64,000 nucleotides of DNA from Octopus sinensis (lineage: Eukaryota). Shown here piece after piece: positions 14,271 through 26,690 of the stretch (position 1 is the first letter of the stretch; each line of letters starts with the position of its first letter). Location of the stretch: the NCBI RefSeq assembly GCF_006345805.1, contig NC_043021.1, positions 24,490,001 to 24,554,000 on the forward strand, in the 5' to 3' direction. The translations under genes were made by a program, and so were the position numbers. The notes below the pieces were generated by a model that saw nothing but the letters and a program-made list of their open reading frames with translations, did no database searches and was not told the DNA's origin.

Positions 14271-14581
14271 ATGTGTGTATCTACTTATGTGTACACATAT
14301 ACGTATCTGATCTGTGAGTATATGTGTTTCGTTGCCATTATGTTAAACTGTCCAAATTTGATCAAATGCGTTTTTTCAATATCTATTTTTACTTGCAATA
14401 GCCCGTTCTTTCGGTCAAACTATCGTATCTCCAGCTGCTTCATATGCCAAGATACAAAAATTGTCAAAGTGTAGGACAACGGTTTTGCTGTGGAATGTTG
14501 AAACTATTTTATCGTTTTCTGAACAAGCAAAGTTGGGACTTAAGACACTTTTGCATAATAGCAATGAGATATATATGTATA

Positions 14582-14647
<66 letters not shown>

Positions 14648-14795
14648 TATAGATAATATATATATATCATACAAATATATACATATATATACTTATATAT
14701 ACATACATATATATATTACATACATAAGAGAGAGAGAGTGAGAGAGAAAGGAGAGAGAAAAGAAAAGTGTGTGCTGTGTGTATATATATGTATAT

Positions 14796-14846
<51 letters not shown>

Positions 14847-14852
14847 ATATAT

Positions 14853-14902
<50 letters not shown>

Positions 14903-14928
14903 ATATATATTATATTTAATCAATATAG

Positions 14929-14962
14929 GGTGGCAAAAAATTTTGTAGAATTTTTTGCCACC
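14929..14962. repeat. Perfect 14-bp-stem hairpin (possible transposon-end remnant)
   Basis: ggtggcaaaaaatt - ttgtag - aattttttgccacc. Confidence 0.6.
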
Positions 14963-15068
14963 AGCGGCACTAGTGGGAAAAAATTAAATAGTCATAGACC
15001 ATTTTAAGTTCAACATCATCAATCAAGGAACGGCCATAATAGGCCCATTCCTGATTTCTTGGTGAATG

Positions 15069-15100
<32 letters not shown>

Positions 15101-15627
15101 TATAGTAATACAGATATTTATATATACAAACACACATACAGAATATATACATAAAATATATATGTAAGTATATATGTGTAAGTGTATATATATACACACA
15201 CACACATTGATATGTATATCTATAGATATGTAATATATATGCGTATATATGTATGTAGATGTATATATATGAATGTATGTATGTATGCATGTATGCATGT
15301 ATTTATGTATGTGTATATATGTGCATGTGTGTATGTGTGCAATTGATTTGATTTTACATACAGTCCTGAACGTTTTGTCTTTATAACATTTTTTTCGTGC
15401 TACCGATTGTTTTTCTCGTTTCTTCTCTTAACCTAATCTTCCTGACGAATGTCTAATGTCCGAAACCCGAAGCCGTTTCTAATTTCATTTGTAGAAACGT
15501 GAAATTAATAACTATAACTGCTACTGTATTATATATAGCTTTTCCTGATGTCATTTTAATACTTACACTTTATGAATATATTAATTATATTCCTGTGTAT
15601 GAGTCATTTTTATTGTAAATTCATTTT

Positions 15628-15892
15628 TTTTTTTTTTTACAAGATCACACGCACAAACATGTGTTTCTTTATTACCCACAAGGGGCTAAACATAGAGGGG
15701 ACAAACAAGGACAAACAAACGAATTAAGTCGATTACATCGACCCCAGTGCGTAACTGGTACTTAATTTATCGACCCCGAAAGGATGAAAGGCAAAGTCAA
15801 CCTCGGCGGAATTTGAACTCAGAACGTAGCGGCAGACGAAATACGGCTACGCATTTCGCCCGGTGTGCTAACGTTTCTGCCAGCTCGCCACC
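15628..15892 (-). mobile_element. SINE family A with poly(A) tail, short 3' extension and 18-bp TSD
   Basis: TSD ttattgtaaattcatttt at 15610-15627 and 15893-15910; T-run at 15628-15638; 25-nt extra segment at 15639-15663. Confidence 0.85.
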
Positions 15893-16275
15893 TTATTGTA
15901 AATTCATTTTAACAGCTTGGGTTTCGTGCCAGTATTACATCTATGAAAGATACTAAAGAACAGCAAGAAGGACAAAAGGTTAAGTTTTTTTAAATAGTTT
16001 GGAAAAAGTAAGAAGTTACTCAATCGTGTTTGTCTTTCGTATGAAAATTCGCCCTTGAAATTTGTAGCATATTTTATTGTAGGAGATTTTAAACTTTCTG
16101 TTTAATGGTGTTAATTCCAACCAGAATTGAGTCCTAGACTCAGAATTTATATATGTAGTGAATGACATGCAACCTGAATTTTCAATCGTTGAACTTTAAG
16201 TATTTATCTGTGTGTGTGTGTAATACCTATGTATACGTAAACGTACGTGTGTGTGTGTGTGTGCATATATATATG

Positions 16276-16316
<41 letters not shown>

Positions 16317-16760
16317 TACATAAGAAAAACAATGCACATGACCCGAGAAGCATTACAAGATATAATAAAAATTATAGTTATTAGTTTTACGCTCGGAGGG
16401 GTAAAAAAAGATTCGAAATAGAATTGTCTTAACGTTTGGGATGTTACGTTTAGATACCATCATCTGTTGGCCATAAATGTCTTCTTTCCAACACCATTAA
16501 CATCCAACAGAGAATTGTCGTTCACGGGAAGAATATTTCCATATTTTGTGGTCGCAGATAACAATATCACTCTGGTGGTGCGTGAAGGCTTAGGTGAATG
16601 TGTGTGTGTGTGTATTTCTATGTAATTATTAAAGCTTTTTGACAGAATGATATATTGTTGTCATCACAGTGACAATGATTTTGTGTCTGGAACCAGACAA
16701 TACGGTTTCCTTCTATGTTAATATAGATATACCAATATACTTATACATGCGTGTGTGTGT

Positions 16761-16812
<52 letters not shown>

Positions 16813-17234
16813 ATATATATATATATATATACATATATATTTCTCTCCCTTTCTCTTACTCCTCCTTCTCTGTCCCGTCGCTGACCCGTGACGAGAAAAC
16901 TACTGTCTTTCTGACCTCGCTTCCTTCAAGTGTAGACGGCTTTCCTGTGTCTCTCTCTCGCCGTTCTCAAAAAGCGTTCGTAATATTTTCTCTCGTTCGG
17001 CTTAACAGCTCTCAATGTCTGTGTTACTGTTATTCTCCTTGTCCTGTCTTTTACTGTTTATATTTTGTACTGTCTTTACTGTCCTGTTTTTGTTACCATT
17101 TTTACCCCTCCGCAACAAAACAAATCTCAAATTTTATTTAATTTGCCTTTTGCGGGAAGGAATGTAGGTACGTACATATATGTATGTATATATGCATATG
17201 TTTTATTTATCAATTTATCAATTACATATATATA

Positions 17235-17306
<72 letters not shown>

Positions 17307-18166
17307 ACACAATGAAATACATGTTGAAATGAAATACATGTTGAAATGAAATACGTGTTGCATGAGTCTTTCTAGGGACATCAAATGTGACGCTATTTTA
17401 AATATTCCATTCATCACCATGACAACCATCATTATTTCTGAAACATTAATTTGTTTTTGTTTTTTTTTCAGTGCAAAATTCTAGCAATTTCAAGTTTTCT
17501 TCGAGAATTCTCTATGTCACAAGTTTTCGATTACGAAAAAAATGTTTGCCTCTGGTTGTTGCTTCTGTCTATTTGGAACCCCGTTACAATACATACCTAT
17601 TTCTTTACTACCCACAAGGGGCTAAACACAGAGAGGACAAACAAGGACAGACACAATTACATACCAACTCTTCTGTCGCTGTCATCGTCGTTATTATCAT
17701 CATGATCATCGACATTATCATAAGGATTATTATCATCATCATTAACCTCATCATTTAATCATCAATTTCTTCTTGCGTGTCAAAGTTCGATTGATCTCAC
17801 TCTTTGAATGTGGTGCAGTTAGTTCATTTACATCTTCATTCAAGCGTTTCATTCACAACTTCAATCGTTCCTGTTGATTTATTCACTGATCGACTTCGTC
17901 TGTCACAATCTCAACACCATTAAAACGTTGGCATTAAACTTGTGCATCATGGCCTTTTTTTTGTTTTTTCTCTAGCATCTTACATTGTTGATTCCTCAAA
18001 ATACCAAGATAGTTGAGCCAATTCAAAATATTGTACCTGGCTTTGCATTCTCTCCAGAACTCTATTTAGGCATATCTTCCTTTTCACGCTTCCTCCGTAT
18101 TAACCGCCAGGAAACAGTTTCTCTCCAGTAGTAACTCTTCAACGTTGATATTATCGTTTGATTAAA

Positions 18167-18375
18167 GGTGACGAGCTGCCAGAATCGATAGCACGCCGGG
18201 GAAAAGATTTAGTGGCATTTCGTTTTTGGGTTCAAATCCTGCCAAGGTCGAATTTTGTCTTTCATATTTTCGGGGTCGATAAAACAAGTACCAGTTAAGT
18301 ACTAGGTTCAATGTAATCGACTTGACCTCTCCCCCGAAATTGATGGCCTTGTACCAAAATATGAAACCTATATTG
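18167..18375 (+). mobile_element. SINE family A (tail variant 2)
   Basis: ggtgacgagctgccagaatcg...gggttcaaatcc...ggccttgtaccaaaatatgaaacc. Confidence 0.85.
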
Positions 18376-19054
18376 TTTGATCTTGTGGATGGATTGCGAT
18401 GCAGTATTTAGAGAGAGAAACAAGACTTTAATTTCAGGATAAAAATTCCATTATGCTTAGGATGAACAGAAGAATTATTTATAGCCAACGATGCCATAAA
18501 ATGGTAAATTGCTTCCAGCACATTCTATAACTCCAAGAACAAAATTATCTCTGAACTTTCAACATATCTCCATTAAACCAAGAGGATAAGTCCTCTTAAA
18601 GTAAAATTATTTTTAATCCTTTGTTCACTGCATTGGTCTCGGGCTAAATAAACACACACACACCACACACACATATATATATATACAGTATGTATGTATG
18701 TATGTATGGATGGATGGATGGATGGATGGATGGATGGATGGATGGATGATGGATGTACGTGTGTGTGTGTATGTATGAATGAATGAATGTAAAGAAATGA
18801 AATGTCGCATTCCGCTCCTACAAAGAACTTCCGGCGATTGCAGTGGATACGGTACCGTGGCGAGAAGAGGAACTGAACCCTAAGGGGTTTGGATAACACT
18901 GACAATAATAAGGGTAGGATTGGAGTAAATGGAGAGGTGTAAACATACGGAGCGGGTGTCAAAAATTTAATAAAAAAACAATGTACAAAAGCAAGATACC
19001 TCCTCCCCAAAAGGATACAGGAATTAATCCAAAGTGAGGAGTTTTTCCATGTCC

Positions 19055-19115
19055 AATTCCTGTCAACTGACGTTAGTTTCGTGGTGGTTCGGATATTTCT
19101 AAGGACAGGACAATC
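19055..19115 (-). ncRNA. Degenerate type I hammerhead-like motif
   Basis: Minus strand cctgtc...GAAAC taac GTC agttgacagg: stem III and a GUC site are intact and stem I is partly complementary, but the CUGAnGA box is mutated. Confidence 0.3.
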
Positions 19116-19291
19116 AATTTATCTTCTACATTATCGAATTATTTGAAAAAGTCTCTCATCATCAGTGGAATCGTGGGTAAGTATACATGTATGTATATAT
19201 ATATATGAGTATACCTCTATACATATATACTTTATGTGTGTGCGCGTGCGTACACAGAGCGAAAGAGACAATTATATGGATAAATATGAAT

Positions 19292-19333
<42 letters not shown>

Positions 19334-19744
19334 ATATATATAGATATATATATATATAACTATAAATAAGGGTATCTGAGAGTTACCACCATGCCGAAAT
19401 AACAGTCAAGACCTCGACTCCAAAAGCCACCTTAAATGTTCATATCGCACCACAAGATAAGACAGAGAGACAAAATAAACTAGCAAAAAGATATTACTGG
19501 ATAATTCAAGATCCTGGATTTCTAGCTTTGCTTCAAATAAACTCTGCCTTCGTCAGTTGAATATACCACATTTGCACATAAATACAAATATATATATATA
19601 CAGAACACACGTTATACTCACATATACGAACGACCATACATATATATGCACGTATGTACAAGACCAGTCCAAATTGCCCGCCATCCACCTCACAAGCGCG
19701 ATATGGTCACAAATTAACACCGCAGTCAATATAGTAATGAATTA

Positions 19745-20029
19745 TATAAATTTATTAATAAGGATAATTTCGATATTTAAATATTGATCTTATCAAGTGA
19801 CCAGCATGGGAATAAATACCATACAAAGGTAATAGTTATTTAAAACTATAAAAAGGGTATCTGAGAGATACCACCATAGCAGTCAAGACCTCGACATGGT
19901 GGTATCTCTCAGATACCCTTATTTATAGTTTTAAATAATTATTACCTTTCTATGGTATTTATTCCCATGCTGGCCACTTGATAAGATCGATATTTAAATA
20001 TCGAAATGATCCTTATTTATAAATTTATA
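19745..20029. repeat. Long palindrome P1 (~133-bp arms, 18-nt spacer) with a partial direct copy at 19358-19418
   Basis: Arms 19745-19877 and 19896-20029 are near-perfect reverse complements; the direct-plus-inverted arrangement resembles Penelope-like pLTRs. Confidence 0.9.
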
Positions 20030-20034
20030 TATAT

Positions 20035-20479
20035 ATATAATAACAAAATAATAAATAAAACATATGCATATATACATATATATATGTACGTACCTACATC
20101 TATATGTATATATACATGCATATATAGGTACAGGACACCAAAAAAGAAAAACGTTGAACACAATGAGAAATGAAAACATAAAAACAAAACCATGGAAACG
20201 GACTTTTTTCAAACAACGAAAAAACAGAGTACAAGACATACAACACAAGGAATATTCCCCTTTTTCAGTTGCCCCTGTTTCGACTACTCCGTGTTACACG
20301 TGTTTGAAAGAAGTCCGTTTCCATGCTTTTGTTTTTATGTTTTCGTTTCTCATTGTGTTCTACGTTTTTTTTGTGATGTCCTGTACCCATATATGCATGT
20401 ATATATACATATAGATTGAGGTATGTACATATAGGTATGTATATATGCATATGCTTTATTTATTATTTTGTTATTATAT
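20035..20479. repeat. Long palindrome P2 (~180-bp arms, ~86-nt spacer)
   Basis: Arms 20035-20214 and 20301-20479 are reverse-complementary with scattered mismatches. Confidence 0.88.
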
Positions 20480-20638
20480 GATCGAACGCCACGCATCCAC
20501 TTCCAAGTAAGTTTTATCTATATCTATATATATATTAACTATTATTTGAGGGAATAAAATCCAAACTTACAAGGAAAAAAATTCAATTTAGAAATACTAA
20601 ATCAAATTTCACACAATATATATATATACATATATAAA

Positions 20639-20897
20639 AAATTAGAAAAAAACACCTTTTATCAATTCAAAATGAACAATTAAATTACACCATCTAGAGA
20701 ATTACATATAATAGAAAAATTAAAATTAAAATAACAAAAAAATGTCAAAGATTAAGTAAATTGCAAGTAAAAAGGTTGCAATTTACTTAATCTTTGACAT
20801 TTTATTATTTTAATTTAACGTTTCTATTATATGTAATTGTCTAGATGGTGTAATTTAATTGTTCATTTTGAATTGATAAAAGGTGTTTTTTCTAATT

Positions 20898-20898
<1 letters not shown>
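20639..20898. repeat. Long palindrome P3 (~125-bp arms, 9-nt spacer)
   Basis: Centre ...aaattgcaa gtaaaaagg ttgcaattt...; a single-arm homologue lies at 47035-47260. Confidence 0.9.
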
Positions 20899-20977
<79 letters not shown>

Positions 20978-21422
20978 TTGATAGTTATATTATTATAATA
21001 CATTTTATTACATTATATCATATTATAGTGTATTGCAACGTTTTGTACTGAATGACTTTATTACAGTTTAATCTAGTTTTGTTAATGATCTTTTATATAT
21101 TTCTCTATGAAATAATATTTGATTTGGAAATCTCTAATAGTCTTGAACCTACGACTCCCCGTTCCAAATGAGAATAGAAAATGGAATTTCAAAAACGGCA
21201 CACAGCAGTTCAATATAAAGAGTGTGACTGTTAGATGTGCGCGTTTTGAATGGAGGATGTTACATCGTGGTTTTAGTAAACGATATGTGACGGAAAAGAT
21301 AAAGTTGACCAACCGAAGTGATTATTCAAACAAAAATCTCATTTTCTGAGTTTTATATGAATGCTGTAAGAGATACGTAAAAACAAGATTGGTTGAAACA
21401 AATTTCTGCGCATGATATATAT

Positions 21423-21530
<108 letters not shown>

Positions 21531-21679
21531 ACATGTATACACATATATATTTATATACACACCCACATACATATACACAAACACATATATGCATATATAT
21601 ACATATATATACATATATATACATGCATATATATATATATTATATATATATATATAATATATATATATATATTATATTA

Positions 21680-21921
21680 TATTAAATTAGAGACAAAACC
21701 ACTATTATGCAAATCAAACAAAGAAAGACTTAAGCCAATACATAAAATAATTTATATAAATTAAATTTAATTCAAATAACCACTACGATCGTTTCGTGTC
21801 AGCACTTCTCATCGTAGTGGTTATTTTAATTAAATTTAATTTATATAAATTATTTTATGTATTCGCTTAAGTCTTTCTTTGTTTGATTTGCATAATAGTG
21901 GTTTTGTCTCTAATTTAATAT
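21680..21921. repeat. Long palindrome P4 (~110-bp arms, 21-nt spacer) centred on a hammerhead 3' half
   Basis: Arms 21680-21789 and 21811-21921; minus strand across the centre reads GATGA GAA GTG ctga CAC GAAAC gatc GTA gtgg. Confidence 0.88.
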
Positions 21922-22023
21922 AATATAATATTTTACTATAAAATTGGATTCAATACTAAATCTGATTTTTCCCTGTAAATTTGGATTTATTCCCTAATAT
22001 TTATTATATATATATAGATATAT

Positions 22024-22078
<55 letters not shown>

Positions 22079-22263
22079 CATATATATATAATATATACAT
22101 ATATATATACATATATATGTATATATATTATATATTATATACATATAATGCCACATATTAGAGAAGCTTCCAAATAATGGTGTAGCTAAAATAATACGTA
22201 TATATATGTATATATATGCATGTATATATATTATGCATGTATATATATGTATATATATTGTTG

Positions 22264-22294
<31 letters not shown>

Positions 22295-22301
22295 GTATTA
22301 T

Positions 22302-22344
<43 letters not shown>

Positions 22345-22405
22345 ATATATATATGTATATATATGTATATATACATATATATACAGTTATATATATATAT
22401 ATATT

Positions 22406-22621
22406 GTGAAGGCGCAATGGCCCAGTGGTTAGGGCACCGGACTCACGTCGTAGGATCGCGGTTTCGATTCCCGGGCGTTGTCAGTTTTTATTGAGCGAAA
22501 ACACCTAAAGCTCCATGCGGCTCCGACAGGGGGTCGTGGCGATCCTTGCTGTACTCTTTCGCAGCAACTTTCTCTCACTCTTTCTTCTGTAGGCCTGGTC
22601 GGTCCCGGTGATCACGGAGAT
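22406..22621 (+). mobile_element. SINE family B, alternative-tail subfamily, internally deleted
   Basis: Family B head; tail ggcctggtcggtcccggtgatcac matches 29262-29300 (minus). Confidence 0.85.
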
Positions 22622-22699
22622 ATATGTATATATATATACACATATATATATACATGCATATATATATATATATATACATATATATACATGCATATATAC

Positions 22700-22980
22700 A
22701 CGTATTATTTTAGCTACACCATTATTTGGAAGCTTCTCTAATATGTGGCATTAGGTCAGTGAGGGAGTTTGCTGCTGCTGCTCTAATCTGTGTTTCCTGT
22801 CGTGTGGTGGGCTCGTCTGGAACCCATAACAGGAAGAGATCCAGTTTTGTTTTAAAGACACTTACATTCACACCATGCAGATCTCTCGGGCATTTTGGAA
22901 GGATATTCAAAAGCTGTGGGCCCTTGAAGCCCAAACTGTTGCAGTATCTGGTCCTGTATTTTGATGGCGACGTTGGGATA
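22700..22980 (-). mobile_element. CR1-type LINE 3' end (ORF2 C-terminus plus short 3' UTR)
   Basis: YCNSLGFKGPQLLNILPKCPRDLHGVNVSVFKTKLDLFLLWVPDEPTT...RAAAANSL, a typical CR1-clade C-terminal pattern. Confidence 0.8.
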
Positions 22981-25424
22981 TATATATACACATACACACG
23001 TATATACATATATACATACATACATAGATACATACATATACACATGTATACATGTTTATATACATATACATTTATGAATTTTATAGCAAAAATGCTTTTA
23101 TAAATCTTGGGGTGCACGCCGAACAGCGAGACTCCGCACACAACGTATCCCTTCATTCTTAATCGATTCTGGCAGACGCGAACGTGTATATCTGATCTCT
23201 GGGGCACGGCGAGGTCTCGAAGGCCCCTTACACCAGTGAAACATGTTATGAACAAATCTCGTCTAAATGCAGGAGATATTCTTCGAGATTAAAAACAACA
23301 GCGATCAGCATATTCACGTCCGAATCCACCAAAACGTAAAAAGAATAAAGAGATACGCTATTTTATTTTTAAAATTTCAGGGTAAGATATAAAGCTAAAA
23401 GTGTGGTTGAGTATTTGTATCATAAAATGAAAGTAATGGCACATTGCTGTCGTGTTCCTTCATCGTTTGACGACGATGATTCAATTATTGAATCAAGTGA
23501 ACTACTTGCCCCTAAATGAACATACAAGTGTCCGTGTATTCTACAGTGACATCGACGTTTAATGCGATTCTCTGGTAGAATCAGCTTGACAGAGAATGTG
23601 ACAAATCTATCAAGCGGTTTTCTGAAGAGCTTCCATCTGCCCACCACCACCCACAAGGCATGAGTCGACCAGAGGCTTTAGAAAATGGCATTTGCCTACG
23701 GGCTCATACAGTAGGCATGAATCTGGGACCTTGTGATCGCAAAGCTAGCTGCTTAACCATTCGCCCAAGCTACGCCAACGCCGAGAACGGCGGATGTTGA
23801 TATTTCTCTATTGCTTTAACTCGCCGGTGCCGTATGCTCGGCTCGTATCGAACCGAATCGTATCGCTAGTCGGAGATATATATGCAAATAGTGCAAAGTC
23901 TATTTGCTGATGTGTTGTGACGTAGCACAACTGAAACAAAATTAAATTTCGTAAGTTGAGTATACAGCACCGCTGAGCTAAAATGATAGCGAAAAATCGA
24001 TATCCGACGGTCTTGTTTACCTTCGGAGCGAGCTGTCTCGTTTGGTCCGATACATTCAGTGATTTTTCAACACTCGGTGTCGTGAAGGGAGATTTCCCGA
24101 GATGCAACCCTGCAGCTGATGGGTGTATAAACAAAACACGTCCTCGATAATCTTTACATTATTACAGCTACTTTTAGTCAAAACAATAATAACTAAGAGA
24201 AATCTATCGTTCCAAACAAAATATAATTAATAAGGATATTATATAATGTGTGTATGTGTGTGTGTAAATATAATTATGCAAATATATAATTGCATAAATA
24301 TAAGGAAATAATTACAAAAATCGAATGAAGCTCTTATTTCTTATAACCCACAATTATATATCATCATCGGATTTTAAATTATTTAACTTTTAGTAAGTTT
24401 CATGCTTTACTTCAGAGGAGCCGCTTTTTTTTTAAGGTTAATAAAACTTTAACAGTATGAAAATAAAAACAAAAACTCGAAAACCACACTTGAAATAAAC
24501 CATGAGAATCACCTGGAGTTAAACTTTAAAGAATTCGGTGTCAATAACTATTCGCGTGAGCCGTTGCTGCACATGACAGAATGCGGCAGTAACACTGTTT
24601 CTCTCTTTTTCATTCAAGGTCGAAAATATTTTGTGAGTTCTGGGTAACAAAGAAGAGGGGCATCACGAATTCCAAAGACCTCCTGATAGACTATTATTTT
24701 GGAAAGGCAGTATTCCGTCAATGGGTTTCGAGGTTGAAAGTGAGGCTGCTCAGGCTAAAGTGATGCATCTTTACATTGTTTTTTGGAAAATGTTAATTAT
24801 CAAGAAAAAACATTTTCTGGAGACATCTAGATTCAACAAACAATTGATCCAGAATACTTTCCTCTTACTTACTATCTTCAAGGGTAAGGGTGAGGGTGAG
24901 AGATGGCTCAAGTACACTAAATTCATATCAAAGTCCTCCATGCTGACGCCTGATTGTAATGGGCAGCATCTCTGCTGACGATTATCTCTGTCTGGAGACA
25001 AATTTCAGATTATACTACAGATATCGACTTGTATTTCATTATTAGAGATAGTCAAGTGATCAGAATTTTTATGGATGTGTCTGGTCTGAAGCTTATGCTT
25101 TATACAGCGGAGTTGGGGCTAGAATATGTAGAATTTACTTTTCTTTATGTTTCAGGTAACCACCAAGAATTCCGTGTGGTTAGTTTCCGAGTTACAACTC
25201 TGAAACCAAACTTTTTGAAGACATTTTTCAAGTTATTCCTAAATCTATCCAGGGGAGTAACCATTTATGTTTACCTGAAATTGCTACCACATAGTTCCTC
25301 TACAAAATCGGGTTTTCGGGAACATGTGCCCTTCAAAGTTTAAACCAAACACTCAACGGGATCAGTGACCATAGACACACCTTAGAGATGTGAAAGAGAG
25401 GGTCAACTTCCGATTTTGTTTTAT

Positions 25425-25504
<80 letters not shown>

Positions 25505-25507
<3 letters not shown>

Positions 25508-25680
25508 AGAGTTTACGAAAAAAACAAAAGACGAAGACAGGTGGTGTACAAAACAAACAGATGTATTAGTATAACGCTCAGGAATAGAAAAAGTCTTTTA
25601 CGTTTCGAGCCTACGCTCTTCTACAGAAAGGGACACAGAAAAAACAAGGAGAGAAACAAGGAGAGAAAAAATATGTGTAA
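25505..25680 (-). mobile_element. Penelope-like terminal-repeat fragment with variant minimal hammerhead
   Basis: Minus 25630-25595: cttt CTGTAGA A GAGC gtag GCTC GAAAC GT A aaag; flanked by (TA)n on both sides. Confidence 0.55.
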
Positions 25681-25737
<57 letters not shown>

Positions 25738-26278
25738 CATTTATTGTACACAGTCTAAAGATATGAGCTACTCATAGTTTCTTACTTTGGTGACACGGGT
25801 CTAGGCAGATTTTTATACCACAGCTTGTGTCTCCAAACGTAAACACCTGCCTGAAACCATGTCTCCAAAGCAGGAAAATATTAGTAGCTTGTATTTTTTT
25901 ATACTGTGTACATTAAACGCTATCCACCTCTCACTGGATGGACTACATTTGTTTTTGTTGATCTTACATTAACGAAACAGTAAACTGAGTGTTGTACGTG
26001 TGTGTGTGTGTGTGCGTGCGTGTTCATGATGACAGGTAGGTGCAGATGAAACACATCAGGTACATCATAAAGTCTCTAATCGAGTCATCTCTTCGCTGAA
26101 ATTGCTGTAGAAAATAATTAGTTATAAGAGAGAGTTACTACTAATGTCGCCATGTTAATGCGAAACGGCCAGAAAGAATTTATTCATAAAGGAAAATGTG
26201 TGCATATATATATATGTGTGTGTGCTCATAATAGTGTATATGTATATATGTATAAATACACATATACATATATATATA

Positions 26279-26423
26279 GGCGCGGTCGTGGTTGTGTGGT
26301 AAGAAGATTGCTTCCCAACCCCATGTCTGCGTGACACCTTGGGCAAGTGTCTTCTACTATAGCCTCGGGTCGACTAAAGCGTTGTGATGGGATTTGCTAG
26401 ATGGAAACTGAAAGAATCCTGCC

Positions 26424-26425
<2 letters not shown>
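26279..26425 (+). mobile_element. SINE family C (internally deleted)
   Basis: gtggttgtgtggtaagaagattgcttcccaacc...ccttgggcaagtgtcttctactatagcc. Confidence 0.8.
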
Positions 26426-26465
<40 letters not shown>

Positions 26466-26489
26466 GTGTGTGTGTGTGTGTTTGTATAT

Positions 26490-26690
26490 GTGTTTGTCCC
26501 CTCATCAACACTTGATAACCGGTGTCGGCGTGTTTACGACCCCGTAAATTAGCAGTTCGTAAAAAGAGACCGATAGAATAAGTACCAGGCTTAAAAGATA
26601 AGTTCTGGGATTGGTTCATGCAACTAAAAATTTCAAGGTGGTGCTCCAGCATGTCCGCAGTCTTATGACTGAAACAGGTAAAAGATAAAA
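26490..26690 (-). mobile_element. Interspersed repeat family D
   Basis: Reverse complement of the family at 60957-61130; further copies near 3180, 5630, 7410, 11180 and 11490. Confidence 0.8.

Noticed and set aside
19370-19415. Hammerhead in the P1 family (CTGAGA...GAAA...GTC)
   Set aside because: The core is one base short and stems I and II pair poorly; at most a decayed relic.
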